A program made the position numbers and the translations under genes. The notes beneath the pieces are model-generated. The model had not been told where the DNA came from. It did not search any database and saw nothing but the letters and a program-made list of their open reading frames with translations. A DNA stretch of 51,437 nt from an uncultured Anaerolineales bacterium (GTDB lineage Bacteria; Chloroflexota; Anaerolineae; B4-G1; SLSP01), in assembly GCA_964516885.1 (NCBI GenBank), contig CAZEXX010000001.1, positions 1 to 51,437 of the forward strand, in the 5' to 3' direction. Shown piece after piece: positions 46,501-51,437 of this stretch (its first letter is position 1; the number at the start of each line of letters is the position of its first letter).

Positions 46501-46834
46501 GGCGATCGTCGAACGCGAACAGGGACTCATTCTGGAACGGATGGATCGCCCTGAGAGCGCCTTGGAGCGCTTTGCTGCCAGCCTCCAGATGTGCCGCCAA
46601 CTGGCCGATCGACGGTGCATCGCGGACAATCTCACAGATATCGGGCGTCTCTTTGAGAAAATGGGCAAGACTGAGATGGCGATTCAGGTGATCGAGGAAG
46701 CTCTACACCACTACGGGTATCTGAGAAATCCCAAGCACGGCAAGGTTCTCTCACTTCTTGAGGAACTCTATGCACACAAGCAGCGGATAGACGAAGCTGT
46801 AGCACGACTCCGGGCCTCTCGGCGCGGCGAGTAG
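43574..46834 (+). CDS. CHAT (caspase-like) protease domain + STAND/NB-ARC-like P-loop NTPase + TPR repeats
   Basis: GTG start after AAGGAA. CHAT region is about aa 1-370, with PWEYLFDG, His229 in IIHYVGHA and Cys275 in LTLAACQ. Walker A is GDEGVGKR (aa 424-431); the Walker B-like motif is YLLVFENFD. The C-terminal ~230 aa are TPR-like (AIESYREALRIAREEKD..., ALERFAASLQMCRQLAD...). Confidence 0.8.
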   Translation: MSPELQVRILRLGNHYVAVTTGRDGEEILRNEFQHGTMHLTYLGPLWLIDQDSLVAEEKHRLSGILKGKSSLAHVADQGRRLFRNLFGDGSVLRSYIAQHPDETSYQLTLVFTPEAAQLARQPWEYLFDGKHFPCLTGELLLSRRPSTAASLDAAPTAGSPLRILAVVAAPTDQVAIDAPAELETLQTSLEQWLARGIVELDVLPEPTSSALLERTGDKAYHIIHYVGHATYHLSQHQGFLCFEDKLGQAELLSGTQLARFLAGKPPGLLTLAACQKFQVGILDAFQSVAAELMDYKIPGVLIVPASLSAATAAVLYKTLYGSIAQGETVQESLHRTRVAMQQADRETESGKQRFEWGVPALIQRAANLTLVQPPPRGSTQNDTSETHTAIDPLTTMPLVGRTREIQAIRKALREEATIFYILGDEGVGKRVFTSYTIEHLAVRPGAVLTIRCRQELDPLTALAKIADFWRTSLREADPQAADLLLDAHQAPFERAQKAQKLLARKRYLLVFENFDTWFDPHPEGPTRLQNETLRQALLGMLSEPSKALFFFTAEHRWEDLAGIAVELRREIRLPLLSLQHATQVINQLPALRQMAGSSAEKRAVYAQLGGHPLALQILDRWLILGNNLQSLEELRPTESGSAATWVDSLVADILTQMDPGEYGVLQALSILTQPFTQQTISSLTMVTAQHAGPLIENWLYFGLAEPVAPDNAPQQFRITDPVRRVVLDGLSDDELKALHLQAASSYAAPYYDAARRQVLARNITTWAEDRIGWLARDAGGILGMWLRQEQTTEGKARLVASAYAWQYHLMQAGDIAAASEIIQTIAPVLDRQGQRDLSRELLQRMLSASDSGASTGNEVESFVRLKLEEGPLSTALDVYEDVYQSLDPDEAGIQRAYVLLRTGNVKQRLSDPKAAIESYREALRIAREEKDREAEAGCLYKLATAYREILNFRQALVCSQAAKEHYEVLAYPNNLAIVEREQGLILERMDRPESALERFAASLQMCRQLADRRCIADNLTDIGRLFEKMGKTEMAIQVIEEALHHYGYLRNPKHGKVLSLLEELYAHKQRIDEAVARLRASRRGE

Positions 46835-46870
46835 CGCCCCGACCGGTGCCCTGAGCTGGTCACGCCCACG

Positions 46871-49800
46871 CTATGGCTGGATCTCAATCAAACTGAGTCT
46901 TGCACGATCCTCACCCAATCGCGTACCCGCCCCGTAAAGTGCCTGCCGCGTGCCACGTTTAGCATCATACATCCCCACATAAAGCTCATAATCGCCGGCA
47001 GGCACATCCGCCGGCACCCTCAAGACGTGGCGGTCGACAATCACCTCGCCCTCAGACCATGTGGTTGTTGGTGCAACACCGCCATCCGGCCAGGCATCGG
47101 ACTGCGCCAGGATCCCCTTGTCGGGATCGACCAGGTGGACAAAGACCGTATAGTCAGCCTCTGCAGGCCCCTGAGCTCGCCAGTAGAGCGTGACATCTAG
47201 ATCATCTCCCGGCCGGGGCTCAAGGTTCGCCAGATCCGCGCCGACAAGCTCACCGAACCCCTCAACCCTGACCGCCAACGGAATGTCAGGCACACGCGGT
47301 AACACGAAATCCCGCGAGCGCTGCTGCACAGAGACCTCGCCCACAATGACGGCACCAGCCGACAGTCCATTGCCAGCCGCGGGCCACACGGCCAACGTGC
47401 ATGTCCCCTCAGGTAGGTCAGGGGAGAGCAGCGGCGCATACTTCACTTCATACCGGTGCCCAACTGGCCACGCCTCAGGGGTGGACGGGGCCCACTGGAG
47501 AAGACCCAGCTGGGATCGCCGCACCCCAGTGCGGCTCTCTGGCGCTGCACCACAGACCAATTCCCACGCAAGTGCATCTGCAGACGGTCCCTCACGACGC
47601 TCCAGGCCTAGGGAGAACGGCATCGCCCGCCCGGCCATCAGCTGCATCTTTGGCGGTCCCACGCCGATGACGCGTAACCCGGGCCACTCAGCATCTCGAG
47701 CGATCAGCCGGTCAAGTTGCGGCGCAGGATATGGCGGGGCTTCAACGACCACATCCCCCAGCACCAACTGCGTGCCACCAAAGGAACCGTCGCTGCGCGT
47801 GAGCCCCAGCCAACCGTCCGAGCCAGACAGCGACATCACCAGAGTGTACGTGCCGGGCGGAAGATCCAGTGGTATGGCAACGTAGGCCTCGGCGTCAGTG
47901 ACTGCACCGGTCAGCCAGTCGGGTGCGGGCCAGCCCCAGCCATTGACGACGCGCTGCCCACCGTCGGCCCAGACAATCTCCCGTGCCCCGTCACCGGTCT
48001 TCAGGGCCAAATATATCTCCAATTCCCCAAGCGTCGTACGAGGCAGCCACCGCATATGCACAGTCAGAGGATCCAGGGCCCGCACCGGATCGGCCCACGC
48101 GATACTGACCAGATCGACCGCACCGGCGAAACGGGCCAGATAGGGCTCCGGCGCCCGCAGCGCCGTAGACAGCCGGCATCGCTCCGCCTCGAAGCCGCCC
48201 ACCGGCGCTGCGGGCTCGCACACCAGACGCCCAGCTTCCTCACCTGCAGCGAAGAGCATCTCAAGCTGAGCCTCGGTGATCGGATAGCACAGTGGAGCGT
48301 GCACCCACAAGAAGGATGTCGCCGGATCCATAGTCGCATTGAGCCAGGCCACAAGACCATCCGGCGTGGCTCCCTCCGCCGCCGCTAGGGACGAGAGACC
48401 CGGAAGCGGACCAGCGGACAGCAACGGCAGGGATGAAGGTTCAGCCGGAGTGGCGGTATAGATCGTCGCCACTTCACGACCGGCGAGCCGCAGTCGCGCT
48501 GCCACCGCATAGCCATCGGCGGCGCTGGATCTCTGGCCGATGATGGCATCGGTACATCCCACAGTCGAAACGGTCCGTGGCCAGGTCTCACCGGAGAAGA
48601 AGGGTGCCGTGCCGCTGACATTCTCAGTGAGAACGGTAGCCGTCTCCGGCGCAGGCAGCAGCCGGTTCAGCTTGCGGGCCGCGAACCCCGATGCCTCGCC
48701 CCACCCCAAGGGAATAACTGCCTGAGCACCCCAGGGGCCGCCGAGGAGCGGGGATGCGTAATGGAGAGGAACTATGGCAACAAGCGCCCAAGGCAGCAGA
48801 AGCAGTCCCAAGGCCACCCGCCGCCAACCACGTTTGGCCTGCGACCAGACGGATGCAGCCGCCGGGGTGAGTAACGGAATCACCGTGAGGATATAGCGGT
48901 CGAACTTCTTGACCGCTACGGTAAGCGCGACCAAGTAGAACAGCGTCACCAAGGCCCCCCAGCACAGAAGCCGGCGTGCATCGCCGACTGAGGCACCGCC
49001 TCTGCAGCGTGAAACGCCAGACAGCGCGCCGGCTAGACCAAGAAGTACAAGCGGCGTCATCCGGAACAGCAGGACCAGAGGATAAAAGGCTGGCCCAGGA
49101 TCTGTGCGCATCTCACCAAGGAAGAACACCGACCGCAGACCAATACCTTCGTGGTAGGTAACCGCACCGACCAGCGAGTTCAGGGCGGCACGCGGCGCCA
49201 CCCAGAAAGGGGGATAAAGCAGCAGCAAGAAGATCACGGTCAGGACAGCAACGAAGATGACCTGTACGGACCGTTGCTGCAGCGTCCCCTCACCCCACAG
49301 AAGAATTGCCAACGCTAACCCCGGCGCCACCAACAATCCCAGCGTCTTGGTCAGCCCAGAAAGGGCCAGACACAGTGCCGCGAGGCCTAGAAGCATCACC
49401 CGGCGTACGCGCCGGCGGCGGGTGTAGGGTGCAGGATCAGGTTCAGCCCGCGGGAGTACCAACAGAACAGCCAGCAGAGCAAAAGTAGCTTGGAGCGCAT
49501 CGGTGTGCAGAAGGCCTGAATGCCCCGCGAGAAAGGGGTCCAGTGCCAGGAAAAGCGCCATCCACCGGGAAGTGCGCGCTCCGAATCGCCGTCGCCCAAG
49601 CTGATAGGCCCAGACCAGGCCCGCGCTGGTGACCACAGCCACAAGCACACGTCCGGCAGGCAGGAAGTAGGCAAGGTGCTCGAAGGCCTCAGCATTCTCC
49701 GGGGCGAGCCAGGCCATGCTGGCGATCCAATCTTGATGCGCCGCAGACGCATCCGGCTGCAGCCACGCCATGGCCTTCACGCCCAGGGCACCCAGCGCCA

Positions 49801-50020
49801 TCGTCGTGATGCCGGGGTGTCCTGTCTGCGGCACGCCGGCCCAATCGCCGGCCTTAATTGCCTGCAGAAACTCAACACTCCGCATCACCCAGATCGGCTC
49901 ATCGGGCGTGACGTAGAACCCCAACGGTACAAGGCGCACGGAAAGCGCCACGATAAAAATCGCGGCGCTGAGTATGGCTATTCGGATCGGTGATTCGTCA
50001 AGCGACTGGCGCCCCACCAC
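46871..50020 (-). CDS. GT-C fold (GT39/ArnT-like) polytopic glycosyltransferase with a ~570-aa extracytoplasmic C-terminal region
   Basis: The GTG start is 1-2 nt after the GT2 stop. The N-terminal ~480 aa has many TM helices plus a VTPDEP loop motif typical of ArnT/PMT-like enzymes. The C-terminus holds three related modules ending LPPGTYTLV, LPEGTCTLA and VPAGDYELY. Confidence 0.8.
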   Translation of the reverse strand: MVGRQSLDESPIRIAILSAAIFIVALSVRLVPLGFYVTPDEPIWVMRSVEFLQAIKAGDWAGVPQTGHPGITTMALGALGVKAMAWLQPDASAAHQDWIASMAWLAPENAEAFEHLAYFLPAGRVLVAVVTSAGLVWAYQLGRRRFGARTSRWMALFLALDPFLAGHSGLLHTDALQATFALLAVLLVLPRAEPDPAPYTRRRRVRRVMLLGLAALCLALSGLTKTLGLLVAPGLALAILLWGEGTLQQRSVQVIFVAVLTVIFLLLLYPPFWVAPRAALNSLVGAVTYHEGIGLRSVFFLGEMRTDPGPAFYPLVLLFRMTPLVLLGLAGALSGVSRCRGGASVGDARRLLCWGALVTLFYLVALTVAVKKFDRYILTVIPLLTPAAASVWSQAKRGWRRVALGLLLLPWALVAIVPLHYASPLLGGPWGAQAVIPLGWGEASGFAARKLNRLLPAPETATVLTENVSGTAPFFSGETWPRTVSTVGCTDAIIGQRSSAADGYAVAARLRLAGREVATIYTATPAEPSSLPLLSAGPLPGLSSLAAAEGATPDGLVAWLNATMDPATSFLWVHAPLCYPITEAQLEMLFAAGEEAGRLVCEPAAPVGGFEAERCRLSTALRAPEPYLARFAGAVDLVSIAWADPVRALDPLTVHMRWLPRTTLGELEIYLALKTGDGAREIVWADGGQRVVNGWGWPAPDWLTGAVTDAEAYVAIPLDLPPGTYTLVMSLSGSDGWLGLTRSDGSFGGTQLVLGDVVVEAPPYPAPQLDRLIARDAEWPGLRVIGVGPPKMQLMAGRAMPFSLGLERREGPSADALAWELVCGAAPESRTGVRRSQLGLLQWAPSTPEAWPVGHRYEVKYAPLLSPDLPEGTCTLAVWPAAGNGLSAGAVIVGEVSVQQRSRDFVLPRVPDIPLAVRVEGFGELVGADLANLEPRPGDDLDVTLYWRAQGPAEADYTVFVHLVDPDKGILAQSDAWPDGGVAPTTTWSEGEVIVDRHVLRVPADVPAGDYELYVGMYDAKRGTRQALYGAGTRLGEDRARLSLIEIQP

Positions 50021-50021
50021 G

Positions 50022-50987
50022 CTACTCCTCTGAGCGGATCACGTAGATCGGTTTGTTCTGGACCTCGAAGTAGGTACGCGCCTGGATCTCCCCCAGCAGC
50101 CCCATAACCAGGAACTGAACGCCCAGGATCATCAGCAAAATGGCCAACGACAACAGCGGACGACTGCCAATATCGACGCCAGCCACGACCTTGAGCAGTG
50201 TCAGGTATAGCGCCATGGCAAATCCCACCCCCCCACTGATCAACCCCGCCAACCCAAAGAGCTGCATCGGCCGAGCCAGATAACTCAGCAGGAAGATGAT
50301 CGTCACCAGATCCAAGATGACCCGAACCGTCTTCGAGATATTGTACTTCGACTTACCATAGACCCGCGGGCGATCATTGACCGCGACCTCAGCCACTCGC
50401 ACCCCGATGCCGGAAGCCAGGGCCGGGATAAACCGGTGCAATTCACCGTAGAGGTTCACGTGCTTGGCCACCTCGCGATGGTAGATTTTGAGCGAACACC
50501 CGTAGTCGTGCAGCACGACGCCGGTCGACCGGCCGATGATACGGTTGGCGATCATCGAGGGCAGACGGCGCGACAGAAAAGGCTCCTTGCGGTCCTTCCG
50601 CCACCCGCTGACGATATCGTACCCCTCGTCCATAACGTCCAGGAGCCGGGAGATATCAGCCGGATCATTCTGGCCATCGGCATCCATGGTGATCACATAC
50701 CGGCCCCGGGATAGGTCGAATCCCGCAGCGAAGCCGGCCGTCTGGCCGAAATTACGCCTGAAACTGACGATCCTCAGATTGGGTTCGTCGTCCTTGAGTT
50801 CGCGCAGGACCTCGAGACTATCGTCTGTGCTCCCGTCATCAACAGCGATGATCTCATACGATCGCCCTATTGCCTGCAGCGCCACGGATAGCTCGGGGAT
50901 GAATGAGCGCAGATTCCCGGCCTCATTATAGACAGGCAAAACTATGGAGATGTCTAGCTCGGGATCACCTGTATGTTTCTCTATCAT
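50022..50987 (-). CDS. GT2 polyprenyl-phosphate glycosyltransferase (DPM1/ArnC/GtrB-like) with two C-terminal TM helices
   Basis: ISIVLPVYNE, VDDGSTDDS, MDADGQNDP (DXD), then two C-terminal hydrophobic helices. GGAAAGGA RBS. Confidence 0.9.
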   Translation of the reverse strand: MIEKHTGDPELDISIVLPVYNEAGNLRSFIPELSVALQAIGRSYEIIAVDDGSTDDSLEVLRELKDDEPNLRIVSFRRNFGQTAGFAAGFDLSRGRYVITMDADGQNDPADISRLLDVMDEGYDIVSGWRKDRKEPFLSRRLPSMIANRIIGRSTGVVLHDYGCSLKIYHREVAKHVNLYGELHRFIPALASGIGVRVAEVAVNDRPRVYGKSKYNISKTVRVILDLVTIIFLLSYLARPMQLFGLAGLISGGVGFAMALYLTLLKVVAGVDIGSRPLLSLAILLMILGVQFLVMGLLGEIQARTYFEVQNKPIYVIRSEE

Positions 50988-51062
50988 GGCGTCCTTTCCA
51001 TTCCCGCAGTTGCTCTACGCTGAGTTCTACCACGAAGATGCTAGCTGGCAAATGCGGACAGC

Positions 51063-51090
51063 TTGACAGTCATCTCAAACCCGTTATAAT
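51063..51090 (+). promoter_or_regulatory. consensus sigma70 promoter of rpmG
   Basis: TTGACA (51063-51068), a 16-nt spacer, then TATAAT (51085-51090). Confidence 0.6.
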
Positions 51091-51173
51091 GCTGGATACG
51101 CTAAGAATAGTGAAATCTTGCCGATGAGCTGCGCCGACCGCAGCTTGGTGCAGACTCATAAGGAGGATGGATA

Positions 51174-51335
51174 ATGGCAAAAAGAAGCGCCCGAATTCTG
51201 GTTAAGATGAAGAGCACCGAGAGCGGACACATGTACTACACTGAGAAGAACCGCCGCAGCGACCCGCAGCGGCTGGAGCTGAAGAAGTACGATCCCTTTG
51301 TCCGCAAGCACGTCACCTACCGCGAGACCAAGTAA
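51174..51335 (+). CDS. rpmG: 50S ribosomal protein L33
   Basis: Below the track size cutoff. TAAGGAGG RBS. Reads [53 protein letters not shown] (53 aa), the non-zinc L33 form. Confidence 0.9.
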   Translation: MAKRSARILVKMKSTESGHMYYTEKNRRSDPQRLELKKYDPFVRKHVTYRETK

Positions 51336-51380
51336 CCGCATTCTCGTCCACGACACGGACGAACACATAACGTCAAACAG

Positions 51381-51416
51381 CCACGGTGCTCACTCCTGAG
51401 CACCGTGGTTTTGCTT
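51381..51416 (+). terminator. intrinsic terminator after rpmG
   Basis: CCACGGTGCTCA-CTCC-TGAGCACCGTGG followed by TTTTGCTT. Confidence 0.75.
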
Positions 51417-51437
51417 CCTGCGGACACACGTCGACTT

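Noticed and set aside
1-51437. CRISPR arrays, IS elements, integrases, prophage genes and tandem DNA repeats.
   Set aside because: No transposase, integrase or Cas-like ORFs appear in the track. I saw no regularly spaced direct repeats in any intergenic region, and all long ORFs are accounted for by cellular genes.

Overview
This is a 51.4-kb, gene-dense, moderately high-GC bacterial chromosomal segment with about 45 protein genes on both strands. I found no rRNA, tRNA, CRISPR array, IS element, transposase or integrase. The content runs as follows.

- **1-3156 (minus):** a cluster of GH1 beta-glucosidase, Cys-type sulfatase and a LURP-one-related protein, the last truncated at the window edge.
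- **3310-7358 (plus):** a signalling and envelope block. It holds an FHA + OmpR-type winged-helix regulator, a Hanks-type Ser/Thr kinase with a polytopic C-terminal membrane domain, a membrane protein paralogous to that domain, and a PlsC-type acyltransferase.
- **7379-14305 (minus):** a complete hisG-D-C-B-H-A-F-I-E operon, preceded by a leader that ends in an intrinsic-terminator hairpin.
- **14507-19809 (minus):** a Zn-dependent dehydrogenase and a PfkB kinase, then two overlapping paralogous SPFH/band-7 membrane proteins.
- **20326-24093 (plus):** folC and lon.
- **24156-31349 (minus):** a block reading cpaB, REC-cpaE, cpaF, tadB, tadC, comFC, hpf. It is a Tad/Flp-type pilus machine with no pilin, prepilin peptidase or secretin in the window.
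- **31680-39362 (plus):** sfsA, ftsY, prfB (with the classical +1 frameshift), a Ser/Arg-rich PH-like zinc-ribbon protein, tilS, a deoxynucleoside kinase, and a LuxR-HTH/TM/Kelch regulator.
- **39461-43474:** tsaD, an M24 Xaa-Pro peptidase and der.
- **43574-46834 (plus):** a solo 1086-aa CHAT protease / STAND NTPase / TPR protein.
- **46871-50987 (minus):** a GT2 + giant GT-C glycosyltransferase pair.
- **51174-51335 (plus):** rpmG.

The best candidates for undescribed biology are the CHAT-STAND-TPR gene, the SPFH paralogue pair, the REC-controlled Tad locus followed on the same strand by comFC, the kinase/membrane-paralogue module and the Ser/Arg-rich PH/zinc-ribbon protein. The gene content hints at a Chloroflexota-like monoderm, but that is inference only. 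All domain calls come from reading motifs by eye; no searches were run.
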